Shown here: positions 26,071-39,107 of the stretch, one piece after another
Numbering within the stretch: position 1 is the first letter of the stretch
How the letters are laid out: each line of letters begins with the position of its first letter
DNA from: Ostrea edulis
Lineage: Eukaryota
DNA length: 64,000 nt
Direction: 5' to 3'
Assembly (NCBI RefSeq): GCF_947568905.1
Contig: NC_079171.1
Location: 63,860,001-63,924,000 of the forward strand
Translations under genes and position numbers: made by a program
Notes under the pieces: generated by a model
Told to the model about the DNA's origin: nothing
What the model saw: only the letters and a program-made list of their open reading frames with translations
Database searches by the model: none

Positions 26071-27165
26071 AGAGTTTTCTATATCAAATTATTATTGTAC
26101 ATGTATCCCTCGCTATTCACATGTGCGTACTTCTAAGTGTATCAGACAGGACTGAAAACACAATATGAACAAATATATTGATTAACTGAATATTGTTCAA
26201 CGTTCCCCTCGATTGTTATGTATAAGATTAAAATGTCAGTTTCATTAAATTGCAATTTTTTTCTGTCTTTTCGTTTTCTCTCTCCTTTTTAAGATTGAAA
26301 ATCCTGTAAAATTTTTAAGTCGTACGTAAGTTAGATCATCATTGCATTGTACAGAATTTCAACCAATGAAATAAATTAGAATTTTTACATCATACATTTT
26401 CTACCAATCACAAAGGTGAGAAAGTGTATTGTCCGAAGACTGTAAAATACTTAAAAAACCATATAACCCCGTTTTCCTTGGAAGACGAGAATAAAAACAA
26501 GTACGGCTTTTTTAAACAAAGCTTGCCGTCTTTAGGAACAACATTATTAAGTAGACTGATATAAATGTATCATATGCTTTAAGTGTTATATTTTGATTTT
26601 ATTATTATAATCAAACTTTTCTAAAACGGTAAATATTACGTAGAATCAAGTTTTAAAAAACACCTACGAGAAACTACTATACAATGTTTTTTCTAGTTTG
26701 ACCTTGAGGTAGACATGATGTTTGTACTAAAAATAGAAAGCTTTGTTTCTTCTTTACCTCAAGAAAACAGTGCAAAGCAGATGTTCAGCGTGTTTAATTT
26801 TTGACAAAGCAAGAAACAAAAACCACTAAATAGCTGAGAATTGTCCAAATTTTATCAAGATTAATTTTAAGGTTTGTGTGCAAAAAAAGAAAAGAAAAAA
26901 AAAGCCACCCCCAACCCCCCCCCCCCAAAAAAAACCCCAACAACAACAAAACAAACAAACACAAAACAAAAAACATAAAATGATACCGTCTTCCAAGGAA
27001 GACGTTAATAATGTCGTCTCTCTAGAGAGAGATGCCGACCACTGAAGCGGAAGATCAAGTGCATTGTGGGAAAAACAGGGTGTATTAGTGGGATGGTTTC
27101 AAGATTTAGAGAGATGGTAAAGCTCAATTTGGTAAAAAAAAAAAAATCCTCACCCCATATCATCT

Positions 27166-28345
27166 GGGTACCTGTAAAGTGCGAAACGAAATCGAAACGA
27201 AACGAAATCTACCGAAATGAAACGAAATCTACCGAAACGAAACGAAACCTACCGAAGCGAAACGAAACCTACCGAAACGAAACAGATTGTATAATCGAAC
27301 TCTTTTAATTATGATAATTTAAAATGGTATCTTAGGCCCCTGTTAAAGTTTACACATATAAATAAAATTCGCCTCCCCTTTGATGTAGGCTTTCGGCTTG
27401 ACTGATACAAAGTTTTAAAAGTTGGAAAGGGGGAGGGGGTAAGCACAAAGTACATAAATACCATGTGCAATTAGCTTCGGATCCATAAATTTCAGAACGG
27501 AAGGTTACAGTCTCACAGGTCAGAAGTCTGGGGAAACATACTAAACGAGGGATGGGGTCGTCGGCGTTGGATCCGCTTTTGGGCATAAATAAATGTATCA
27601 GTATTTTTAGCTCTAAAGACAAATATATGTATACATGTGGATATTGTGTATTTGTATGTAGTATATCAAACGGTGGATTCTGAGTATGTCCTCCCGTTCT
27701 CTTTGTGATTTCTGCTTAAAATTCCCTTGTTCATAAGCCTTTTCAGTTTACAAAATGCCGACCTCCTCCTAATATTATTGCATTAAAAAAATTCTGTTTT
27801 CCGTCCCGTTTTCAATTCCCCGTCTTAGCAACACCCCAAATGTATAGAGTTTTTCCATTATTGAAAGTACTCGCACCTCAGCAGTTAGAGATAAAATAAG
27901 AGGTTAAGAGCTCTCCCTGCTTTCAATTTTCTCAGACACCAGCTTCTTCAAACAATGTATCTATGCCCAAAGGCGGATCCAACGTCGGCGACCCCACCCC
28001 TCGTATAGTGTGTTTCCTCAGATCTCTGAGACTGTAACCCTCGGTTCTGAAATTTATGGATCCGAAACTAATTGTACATGGCATTTAATCAACTATGGAT
28101 ATGTACTTTGTGCTTACTCCCCCCACCCCCTTCCAACTTTTAAAACTTTGTAACAGTCAAACCGAAAGTCTACATCAAAGGGGAGGCGAATTTTATTTAT
28201 ATGTGGTAACTTTCACAGGGGCCTAAGATACCATTTTAATTATTATAATTAAAAGAGTTCGGTTATACAATCTGTTTCGTTTCGTTTCGGTGGGTCTCGT
28301 TTCGTTTCGTTTCGGTAGATTTCGTTTCGCACTTTACAGGTATCC
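27166..28345. mobile_element. Foldback / Mutator-like non-autonomous element with about 400-bp TIRs
   Basis: GGGTACCTGTAAAGTGCGAAACG ... CGTTTCGCACTTTACAGGTATCC; arms ~27166-27589 and ~27961-28345; 10-bp TSD CATATCATCT (27156-27165, 28346-28355). Confidence 0.9.
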
Positions 28346-28667
28346 CATATCATCTTATTCCTTTCTTATATGATTTAAAAAGACATTTGAATGATGCATT
28401 TCAACTTTGAAATGACTGCATGCTTGTCAAAATGTTACACTAGGAGCCAGCTTGTGCAGCTGATTCAGGAAGCAAAAATTCAGGGAGCGTGATTTGAAGA
28501 TTATAATCATTTTAGATTTGGAAATAAATGCAGATAAATGCCTAGTAGAATTGTTATTCTAAACAGAAAATAACTTGTAGGAGTCATTTTAATTCCTTCA
28601 ATATTTGAACAAAATGACCTTTACTATCCCTTTAATGGAAGCCAGCAAAACAAGTACATGGATCGAA

Positions 28668-29001
28668 AGTGGCGAATCCAGAAAAATTTCAAAGGGGGGT
28701 GGGGTGGGGGTTTGCGACCTTAGTTTGTACTTTTTCCACCCACCCACTTCCTTTTGCAAGAAAGGGAGTTAAAGACCCCAAAATGACCTTAAAAATATTC
28801 AATCAAAAGGGGAGGGGTTGTAACTACCCTCTAGATCCGCCACTGTACAGACAAATTAACTACCCTCTAGATCGGCCACTGTACAGACAAATTAACTACC
28901 CTCTAGATCCGCCACTGTATAGACAAATTAACTACCCTCTAGATCTGCCACTGTATAGACAAATTAACTACCCTCTAGATCCGCCACTGTATAGACAAAT
29001 T
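28668..29001. mobile_element. GGCGGATCCAG-family MITE whose right end plus flank is tandemly repeated (36 bp x5)
   Basis: agtggcgaatccag ... ctagatccgccactg; unit aactaccctctagatccgccactgtatagacaaatt at 28822, 28858, 28894, 28930 and 28966. Confidence 0.75.
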
Positions 29002-29039
29002 ACGCAATCACAAATTCTTCGAACTTATCAGTAAATTCA

Positions 29040-29620
29040 GACCGTCGTTGGGTCGAATGTTGTCTGACGCGTTTCATATAAATTCTTCTTGGTTCTTTTC
29101 ATGCCGAATTTTCTCGAAATATACGTTGTGTCGAATGCTGTGTTGTTTTATATTTTATACCAGTTGTTAGACCGTTCTTTACATACTAATTTGACTACAG
29201 ATTACTCCGTTTACCTGATCAACATATAGGGCTCTCAGCGGGTGTAACCGGTCAACAGGAGAGGCTTACTCCTCCAAGGCACCTGATCCCACCTCTGGTG
29301 TGTCCAGGGGTCCGTGTTTGTCTGATCCCACCTCTGGTGTGTCCAGGAGTCCATGTTTGTCTGATCCCACCTCTGGTGTGTCCAGGGGTCCGTGTTTGTC
29401 TTATCCCACCTCTGGTGTGTCCAGGAGTCCATGTTTGTCTGATCCCACCTCTGGTGTGTCCAGGGGTCCGTGTTTGTCTGATCCCACCTCTGGTGTGTCC
29501 AGGAGTCCATGTTTGTCTTATCCCACCTCTGGTGTGTCCAGGGGTCCGTGTTTATCTGATCCCACCTCTGGTGTGTCCAGGGGTCCGTGTTTGTCCATCC
29601 CTTAATTTTGCATTCAACTT
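29040..29620 (+). repeat. Penelope-like 3' fragment with a 39-bp sub-segment amplified about 8 times
   Basis: Unit ctgatcccacctctggtgtgtccagg(g/a)gtcc(g/a)tgtttgt at ~29283-29594. Confidence 0.9.
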
Positions 29621-30208
29621 ACGATAATAAAACCACTTCTAATAAAAGTAAGTGTTGCCGTAAATATAAATGTGAAGGCATACAACAGGTCTGCTAATAA
29701 CATGGGGGTATCTTGACGATGGAAAGACGCGGTCATTTCTGTATAAATGTGAAGGCATACAACAGGTCTGTTTATAACATGGGGGTATCTTGACGATGGA
29801 AAGACGCGGTCATTTCTGTATAATTTCACCGAGATTTACAAATCACTCATGTTCCCGTGATTCGTGTATCCCCACAATACATGTACAGACGATAAATTGA
29901 CATATTCATCATATTCATGAGGGTGTCGTTGTTGTCCCCGTCTCCGCCACTCTTAAAACACTCCAAGCAGAGATTCTTCGCGTTACAGAACTGGTTAAAA
30001 CCAGTATCATGTAGACTGCACCAGTTGTTTTTGCTCAGTCATTTTAAAACGCTTAACAAATTTCAGGGAATCATAGATAATTATTTTGATCCTTATCATT
30101 CATTTATTAACATCACCTGACAATATTACATATGATTAAAAAAATGAAATAGCACCCCCCCCCCCTCCAAATAAAAAACATACAAAAAACTAATAACGGA
30201 AACACAAA

Positions 30209-30378
30209 NNNNNNNNNNNNNNNNNNNNNNNNNNNNNNNNNNNNNNNNNNNNNNNNNNNNNNNNNNNNNNNNNNNNNNNNNNNNNNNNNNNNNNNNNNNN
30301 NNNNNNNNNNNNNNNNNNNNNNNNNNNNNNNNNNNNNNNNNNNNNNNNNNNNNNNNNNNNNNNNNNNNNNNNNNNNNN
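30209..30378. other. Assembly gap (170 N)
   Basis: Run of N. Confidence 1.
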
Positions 30379-31399
30379 CGAAAAAAAAATAAAAATCTAA
30401 AACAAAAATTAAAAAAACCCCAAAAATATACGAAACAAAAATAACACGAAACAATGTACTGACAAATTGATATTTATGTACATCAGCGCTTTTCATGTTA
30501 TCAACCGCATATATATCCACACACACCAAAAAAAAAAAAAAGAAGAAAGCAAATAAAAAAAGAAAGAAAAGGAAAAAAAAGGAGAGAAAATAATCACTCA
30601 ACGTTAAAATGAAACAGCCCATATTAATATAAAACAGCAGTAAAACTGTGAAGAAACTACACGGATGTTTCCCGCGTGTCCTTTCTATAAATACAAAGTG
30701 AAAACCTCGGTCGATTGAACACCACATCCGTCTACTAGTAACGGCGACAGCTCATAAAACATACAATAATACTGTTATACATATTCATCAGGTCATTATA
30801 AAACGATGTCATTTATTGGTCAGTGAGAATTTATTTGCATAATCAGTAAGCAATAAATGTTCCCATTTTGTTAGTAGATCTGTCATCACGATCGGCTTGT
30901 TTACTCATGGAACCAATTAACAGGCCAATCTGACAATTAATTAAGACAATTAATTAAATGCGTCCTTATGACTTCTAATTTCGGAAACTAACGGGTTTAT
31001 ATTAGAAATCTCGTGGCCTATTTGTTTATTTTTTTCGTCGATGAATTTTCGAGCACAACTGAGAATACTCGTCGTGTGATTATTGTAAAAGTTTACAAAG
31101 GGTTCCAAATAAATGAATCATGACAGTTTATTTGTTAAAACTCACAAGTCTGCTTTTTTGTATATATATTTATTGTTGACCACTGTTGAAAAACATGAGG
31201 AAAAGAAATAATCAAATTTAATTAAAACTGTTTCATTGTTCAAATGTACAATGCATCGATTCTGATATTTTCTGCATTTTTATTACTATATAACTTTGCA
31301 GAATATTGTTTTGAACGTGAATAGAGAAATAGTTGAAAGAAGTAAAAAAAAAAAAAAAAAAAAAAAAAAGATGATGTACTTAACAGAATTTGTTGGGTG

Positions 31400-31730
31400 T
31401 AAAACTTATACAGTACCAATTTTGATGCACCAGATGCGCATTTCGACAAATAATGTCTATTCAGTGTGATGTTCAAGCCGATATATTAGAAATACGAAAT
31501 AACAATAAATTGTAAGAACTAAAAAAAAAAAAAAATAATAAAAATCCGGAGCGCTAAAGACTGAAGACAAATTTGTCTAAGGATAAGAGCTATGTATGAG
31601 GGAGAGATACTCCTTAATTTTGAAATGAATTTCCAAAGTTTATCACAGCAATTAAATATACATCCGTATTTTTAAGCTAGTAACGAAGTACTTTGCTACC
31701 GGGCTGTAGAGACCCTCGGGGACTATATAG
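31400..31730 (-). mobile_element. About 330-bp hammerhead-bearing retrozyme / PLE pseudo-LTR monomer; HHR at 31427-31472 is degenerate (CUGAAUA)
   Basis: aaaacttatacagtaccaattttgatgcaccagatgcgcatttcgacaaataatgtc... homologous to 20066-20290 and 21598-21825. Confidence 0.7.
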
Positions 31731-32184
31731 AATTCATTTCATTCGTAAGACACAATACATGTATTCGCATTCGTGAAAATATAAAAACAATCTTCACTCG
31801 CGCGTGGAATATATTCTATATCCATTAATAAAATATTGAATATTCTTCATAGATTGCAGAAATAACGAATTGCAACCACGGCGTAAAGGAAAGAGATTAT
31901 ATAGAATTAAAATTGATATTTCATTTTTTTTTAAAATGGAGTTAAAAATGAACTATTTCCAAAAATCAAATGTATATACCACTGTTGCCAATTTCGTAAA
32001 AGATATATATTTACTTTTTTCAGAATTTTCATAGAATAAAGGATATAAACATATTGGTTAAAAATGAAGATTCAGGAAACTATTGTATTCCTTTTCAATT
32101 TTGCATTGTTTTCAATGTCATGTTACTTTAACACCACATTCCCAGAATTCCATGACATAAAATTCGATTCCACGCACTCCAACC

Positions 32185-32234
<50 letters not shown>

Positions 32235-32239
32235 AAGAG

Positions 32240-32416
32240 AGAAATCAGGATATGGGGCTCACGGCGGGTGTGACCGGTCAACAGGGGATGCTTACTCCTC
32301 CTAGGCACCTGATCCCACCTCTGGTGTGTCCAGGGGTCCGTGTTTGCCCAACTATCTAATTTGTATTGCTTGTAGGAGTTATGAGATTGATCACTGTTCG
32401 TTATCTTCACCTTGCA
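32240..32416 (+). mobile_element. Penelope-like element 3' fragment
   Basis: ggggctcacggcgggtgtgaccggtcaacaggggatgcttactcctcctaggcacctg...cttcaccttgca; directly after a (GA)n tract. Confidence 0.85.
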
Positions 32417-33588
32417 TTATAACTACTCAATATATCTATTGTTTGTTGCGCGTGCTGGTGGCATAGTGGTTTGGAATAACGAACATCTAGTTGGAGAAAA
32501 AGCGGTAAATGATTGACAAGAGTTGTGCAATCTGTGGTGTGTATTTCACATGCTGGGTTTCATTTCATCCGTGACCTTTGACGTCCTTAAGGAGGAATAA
32601 CACAAGAGCAAATTTTAGGAGGATTAACACATCAGAGAAATTTGATGTGGATACAAAGTGGAAATATTTACCAATGTGTTTTGAAATTGGAAACTTTCAA
32701 ATTTACTTTATTTTGTCAAGATATGCAGTTTTAGCTGAACGTAATCTGAAAAAAATTAAACCCCTGCCGGACGCGAAACCGCCATCTGTAGGTCAACATT
32801 GGACCCGTTAACCGAACGAGCTACCCAACTAGTCAATCTACAGATCAGCAGTCGACACGTTAACCGAACGAGCTACCCAACTAGTCAATCAAATTTAAAA
32901 GGAATATACAGAATGAGATATTGCTAATATTTATATTTTTCTTTCATGTTTTAAAAGAAATCAGCCATTATAACGATGAAGTATACATCTCCTTAAATTA
33001 TGAAACTATCCATGGTGCAAAAACTTTATGAGAGATATGTAACTGTTACGTTAGAAACGAGACCGGGGAGTATGAGCCGATATATACATACACCGAGATG
33101 ACTCACGTGTAACGATGAACGATGTACTGTTCGTTTGTAAGAATATATAGAGTACTAATTACATGTACACATTAATGGGGACCATAAATACAGACATTCA
33201 TGGCGGAAGAGACACATACGACAGACCGGAAGCTTCTCCGTCTCGTGCCGTACAGCGCCATCATGATGGTAGATCGGCGATGACTCACCGGTAACTTCGG
33301 ATCCCTCTATCACTGAATGTAAACGTCCGTACAGCCATCGGTGGCTCATAATATGACATGATTAATATACAAATAATTACTGTTAATATCAAATTTATTA
33401 ACTAACGCGCGATATAGGTGTCCGGTAAGAACCAGCGGACAACAGGTGCGTGCAACTATTGCTTTCTATGTATTTGTTTACCTATCTGTTTATTCCACCG
33501 AAATTAGGTCTTAATATTCACATTCGCTGTCTTAAGTTTGTAAAAATGGGATTAAACTCGGTATATAATTTAGTTGGAAATTACTTTC

Positions 33589-33635
<47 letters not shown>

Positions 33636-34599
33636 AATAATTATATGAAATATATAATATCATGTAAAATTATGATAATTATCAAAATGAAAATTTCCTG
33701 TATACTGACTCGATTTTACTGAAAATCATTAAGGAAAATTTCCAGTAACAGTGGCATGTATTTTATCGTGTAGCAATTACAAGTATCCACATTTGATTTC
33801 ATGTTGCTTTTAAAAGTGAAAGCAGAATATTGGAAATTAACATTTAGACACACGTTATAAAGTGCACTGATTTTGAAATAATGCTAACCTCTTATAAATT
33901 ACAAGGTTTATGCATAAAAAACTGTGTATATAACATTGGTGTCTAACATTAATCTGAGAAAATAAAAATAACTACAAACAAATATCTACAGTGTTCCGGG
34001 GAATACTTATTCATGACCTCCACTAAAAAGGTCAAAACAAACAAAAACAGAAAAACAAAACAGTGCAAACAACCTAAACAGCTATTTCATGAGGGAAATA
34101 TTATTTTTGTACTTGTACAGCTATTTCATGAGGGAAATATTATTTTTGTACTTGTACAGCTATTTCATGAGGGAAATATTATTTTTGTACTTGTACAGCT
34201 ATTTCATGAGGGGAATATTATTTTTGTACTTGTACAGCTCTTTTGGAATAAAAGGTATACATACTGGTTATTTTGTTTTTCATATTTCAGTCTGATTGTT
34301 TTTATCTGTTGAATGAACATTCTGGAATAGGATCTAACCCCTTCCCATATAAAAACCAAATACCAAAATAAAAAAACAAAATAATAATAAAAAAAAAACC
34401 CCACACACAACCGCCCTACAAAAATCATAAATATATATATATTCAAAAAAGAAAACAAGAAAAAAAAAAACCCAAAATATAAAAACCACCATCAAAATCA
34501 TGATATTTACATCAGTGAGTATAGAAACGTTAACAAAAAACAAAACACAACTCCCCCCCCCCCCCCCCCCAAACAAACCAACGTTGATGGACGTAACCA

Positions 34600-35000
34600 A
34601 AAGTCAATATTGATAAATATCACTAAAAGTCAATATTGATAGATATCATTAAAAGTCAATATTGATAGATATCACTAAAAGTCAATATTGATATATATTA
34701 CACTGAAAGTCAATATTAATTGACATCACACTAAAAGTCAATATTGATAGACATCACACAAAAAGTCAATATTGACGGAAATTACTATAAAGTCAATATC
34801 AATAGACATCATACTAAAAGTCAGTATTGATATACATCACACTAAAAGTCAATATTGATAGATATTACTAAAAGTCAATATTGATAGATATCACACTGAA
34901 AGTCAATATTGATAGATATCACACTAAAAGTCAATATTGATAGATATCACACTAAAAGTCAATATCGACGGATATTACCATATAGTAAACATTGATAGAC
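34600..35000. repeat. 26-28-bp AT-rich minisatellite, about 14 copies
   Basis: Unit aaaagtcaatattgatagatatc(ac)act. Confidence 0.9.
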
Positions 35001-35584
35001 ATTACTTCTTCACTATATTCTCATGTAAACTGAATCAGTGTCTTATATGCATATATATAACTTAAAACAATTTTCACTAAAAAAAATATTTAAGCAATAA
35101 AAAACAAAAATACTGAAGATAGAGAAAAAAAATTGACAAAATTTAAACGACATGCTATATTCTGGTAAGATTGTAAAACGAATTTCCAACACTGTATCGC
35201 TTGACTCATGCTATGCTAATGTTGTATTGGACGCGTGCTATAGTAATGTTGTATAACGAGACTCTAAAGCTTGACGCGTGCTTTAGTAATGCGCATGCTG
35301 TATTACGTTATATAGTTTGACTCGTGCATCAGATATTCCCCTGACAATGTGAGAATCGCGCTGACAGATGTTGAGCTTGACTCGTGGTATAATAGTATGG
35401 TATAACGATATTATAGCAGTAGTTTGGCTCGTGCTTCAGATATTGCCCTGACAATGTGAGAATCGCGCTGACAGGTGTAGAACTGCTGCCTCTCGCTTCA
35501 CACCGTCTCCTGCGAGGTGTGTATACACACACGTCATGGCCTGACCGTTACCACACACCAGGTCATTAACTCTGCGGGTCAGGC

Positions 35585-35590
35585 TATAAA
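35585..35590 (+). promoter_or_regulatory. TATA box of gene 1
   Basis: ggcTATAAAgtc, 80 bp upstream of the ATG (aaccATG). Confidence 0.65.
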
Positions 35591-35664
35591 GTCCCCAGGG
35601 GCCGCAGAGACAGGCCGCAGTGGCGGGAATCGGCTCAGATGTGCGGACAATCTACACAGTAACC

Positions 35665-35922
35665 ATGAACGTGAGGAATTTTATCTGTTTAGTCCTCAGC
35701 GCGACTTTGGTTTCTGGGTATGCTAATTACCGCTTACGGCCGGTCCGCAGATCCGTGTACCAACAGTATATTAATAAATACCGAGGATATTCCGGGTATC
35801 AGCGGCAGAGACCGTATGCCAGATCCCTTGGACAATTCTTTGGGAGAGATGTTTATCTTCAAAGGTCATTGCCTCGTTATCGAAATGGTTATCAAAAAGG
35901 AGACCGATATTACCGCAAAGGG
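35665..35922 (+). CDS. Gene 1 exon 1: signal peptide plus Tyr/Arg-rich peptide of a 1096-aa secreted low-complexity protein
   Basis: MNVRNFICLVLSATLVSG|YANYRLRPVRR...DRYYRKG; phase-0 donor GG|GTGAGT at 35923. Confidence 0.85.
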
Positions 35923-36059
35923 GTGAGTCTTTTTCGAACAATTTGAAGAGTATTAACACCGACTAGGATCTATGTAGATAGAAAGGTTAAAAATGCAACA
36001 TTTGTTCTGAGTTTACCTCTTAGTTTGATAAATAGTTATGATATTTGTTGTTTGACTGT

Positions 36060-36550
36060 TTTTGTCAATTTTATTTAACGTTCCGTATTTACCATTATCA
36101 CCTGCATATGCTGTTTATATCTCTCAAATGATTCTGTACGCAAGAGCTTGTTCTGCGTATGATTACTTTTTAAATCGAGGCAGGCTACTGACAAATAAGT
36201 TGATGTTACAGGGGTTTCAACAGTCTCGTTTAAAGTCAGCATTTCGCAAATTCTTTGTTACGATCTAGTATGCCAAAACAACCTGTCATTGGGTCAAACA
36301 TTGTCTGACATGTTTCATACCAATTGTTAGGCCGTTCTTGGCACACAGATTCTGACTACGGATTGTTCCATGTACCTGATTAAACTATAGGGCTCACGGC
36401 GGGTGTGACCAGTCGACAGGGGATGCTTACTTCTCCTAGGCATCTGATCATACCTTTGGTATATCCAGGGGTTTGTGCTTGCCCAACTCTATATTTTGTG
36501 TTCCTTATAGGAGTTATGAGATTGATCACTGTTCGATATCTCCACTTTTT
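36060..36550 (+). mobile_element. Penelope-like RT C-terminus plus 3' UTR in intron 1 of gene 1
   Basis: SPAYAVYISQMILYARACSAYDYFLNRGRLLTNKLMLQGFQQSRLKSAFRKF, then the conserved 3' UTR. Confidence 0.88.
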
Positions 36551-36613
36551 CATATCTTAAAAACATAAACGCTATATCAAAGAAGCATTAAAGAACATTA
36601 TTCTATCTTTCAG

Positions 36614-39107
36614 TCAGTAGGGATCGGGATCAGACCGATTCCTATCCAGAGAATCCCTCTCCAACTTCGTCCATCCCAAGTCCGTTCTTTCAGGCCAAGC
36701 CCGACCCGATGCAAGAAATACGAAACTTTGGTTTGTTCCCCAGTTGCATACCATAAAAGTTCAGGAAAATGCTTCAGCATATGCAGAAACGGAAAGCCAT
36801 GTTATAAACCCTGTTCATGCAAGTGTCTCCCCTATACAAGAGTGAATTTGAGATCTGTAGGGAAAAGCAATTTACTTCCGCTAGGGAAAAAGCCGGCCAT
36901 ACCTTTCTGTGACAAAACTCATCGTCTTAGATGCATGGCTCGCGAGTATTCTTTGGCCTCAGATGTTCTGTGTATCAGCGCCTGCGCAGATGGAATATGT
37001 CCTATGTCATGCAACTGCCAATGTGTTGCTGATAAACTATTTAATGGTTTTCGTTCTGGAGGATCCCAAAAAGGGACAAAAGGGTTTGGAAGAAGTCGGG
37101 GCTTTCCAGGTGAATTTAGAGGGGACCGTGGAAATTTTTGGGTCGGTCGAAGGGGTGAACCTGGTGGTATGATTCAGGGAAATGGTGGATTTCCGAACAA
37201 TGACAATATGGGGTTTATTTCTGGACAAGGTGGACGCCGTGGAGGATTTGATATTATTGACAATGGTGTCGATACAAGACGATTTAGACAACCATCAATT
37301 AGAAGGGAAATTGGTTTTGACTTAGATGGAGTTAATGGTCGGGGATCTATGATACCAGGTTCGTTTGGAGGCGGAATAGGCGTCAGAAATGGAGGAAGAG
37401 ACCTTGGGGGAGTAGGATTTGAAAATGGGATAGATTTTGGAAACAGATTAGGAACCCAAGGGGGATTAGGTGTAGGTGGAAATGGTGGGCTTGGAGGAGG
37501 TGCAGGTGCACTAAGTGTAGATGGTGCTTTTGGAGGAGGTGCATTAGGTGTAGGTGGAAATGGTGCATTTGGAGGAGGTGCAGGTGCATTAGGTGTAAGT
37601 GGAAATGGTGCACTTGGAGGAGGTGCAGGTGCATTAGGTGTAGGTGGAAATGGTGCACTTGGAGGAGGTGCAGGTGCGCTTGGTGTAGATGGTGCTTTTG
37701 GAGCAGGTGCAGGTGCATTAGGTGTACGTGGTGCTTTTGAAGGAGGTGCAGGTGCACTAGGTGGAGGACGAGGTGGAAATGGTTTCGGAAATGGAATAGA
37801 TGATAGAAGTGCATTAGGACTTAACGGTGGAACAGGAATTAGAGGTGACTTTTTAGGGGCATTTCCAAACGACGTTGGTTTGGGAATCTCAAACGATGTG
37901 GCTGGAACGGACAGAGATTTTCGTCTCTTTCCAAGCAATGCACAGGTAGGATTAGGACTGGATTCGAACGTTCCATTGGATTTCTCACAATTACAGAATA
38001 TAGACCGACTGGATATTCCTCTTGACGGTTCCCAAGGAATTCCAGATTTACTGGAGCCTGAATTGTCGTTAATGGATTCTATACCAGATCTTAATGGACC
38101 AGAACTAATTGACCCAGGACTTGAAGCTAATGGTGGTGGGGGATTTATCGGAGTAGATGCTCCAGGTGTTGGGCCTGTGGGCTTAGATCCGACAGCTCTT
38201 CAAGAACTGGGTGGTCTAGTAGGAGGCCCTTTTGATCCGATTATGGATGTAGGGCCAGGGGCAGGGGGAGGGGGAGCACCACCCAAGCCAAAAAAAGAAA
38301 GCAAAAAACCCAAAAAAGTAACGGAAACTGTCGACATTAAAGTGGATGTCATAAAGAAAGGAAGTCCAAAAGGTAAAGGCGATAAAACAAACGGAAACGG
38401 TAAAAAACCAGACAGATCACTACCAGGAACAGGACCCAACACTCCAGCTGGGATTCCGACAGGAGCACAAAATTCAAATGTGGGATTACGTCCAGGGGAC
38501 ATTGTCGATCCTTCATTTTTTCTAGGTGGCGCTGGTGGAGGAAAAAGAGACGGTATGTTGGACGGAGGATTACTAGATTCAGCGAATGGTGGCCTACAAG
38601 GTGGCATGACGGGAAATCAAGGCTCGGGGCCACCGATAGGAATTCTGGTAGATGGACCCTCATCAGGAGGATTTATGAGTAACACAGGCACTGATGGTTT
38701 TCCAGGTGGATTTGGAGGTGGTCGACAAGGCGGTCGTGGCATTGATGGTTTTGCAGGAAATCGTGATTCTCAAAATGGGCCTTTTGATCGCCTTGCATTA
38801 GACACTTTACCAGGGGGTGGTGATCAAGGTAAAGGTCATTCAGGATTTAACAATGGACAAGGAAACTTTGACCCTCAAGGAAGAGGCCATTCTGGACAAA
38901 GTAACTTTGACCCGCAAGGAAATGGTCATCCTGGGACCATAGGATTTAACAACGGACAAGGAAACTTTGATTCTCAAGCAGGTCAAACAGGGCACATGGA
39001 TGGTTTTGGATTAGATGCCTTTCCTGCTGGTGGTTCAGATGCCGTTGGCTCTGGACACATGGGTGGAAGAGGGCCCGATGGCGGTGGTCAAATGTTCGAT
39101 CCAAATG
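36614..39107 (+). CDS. Gene 1 exon 2: two 8-Cys modules, Gly/Arg/Phe and GGNGALGGGAGALGV repeats, acidic Asp/Pro segment, Lys-rich patch, Gly-rich tail
   Basis: Acceptor ttctatctttcag| in phase 0, in frame with the 795-aa ORF; open for 2494 nt; phase-1 donor G|GTACGT at 39108. Confidence 0.88.

Noticed and set aside
30113-30727. 204-aa hydrophobic ORF
   Set aside because: Low-complexity poly-A/T sequence spanning an N gap.
36728-36730. Listed starts of the 795-aa and 1702-aa ORFs (36728 and 51375)
   Set aside because: They are TTG/GTG codons inside exons; in-frame splice acceptors lie upstream (36613 and 51396).
37174-37938. Pro-rich and His-rich ORFs on the - strand
   Set aside because: Antisense shadows of the Gly-rich codons of gene 1.
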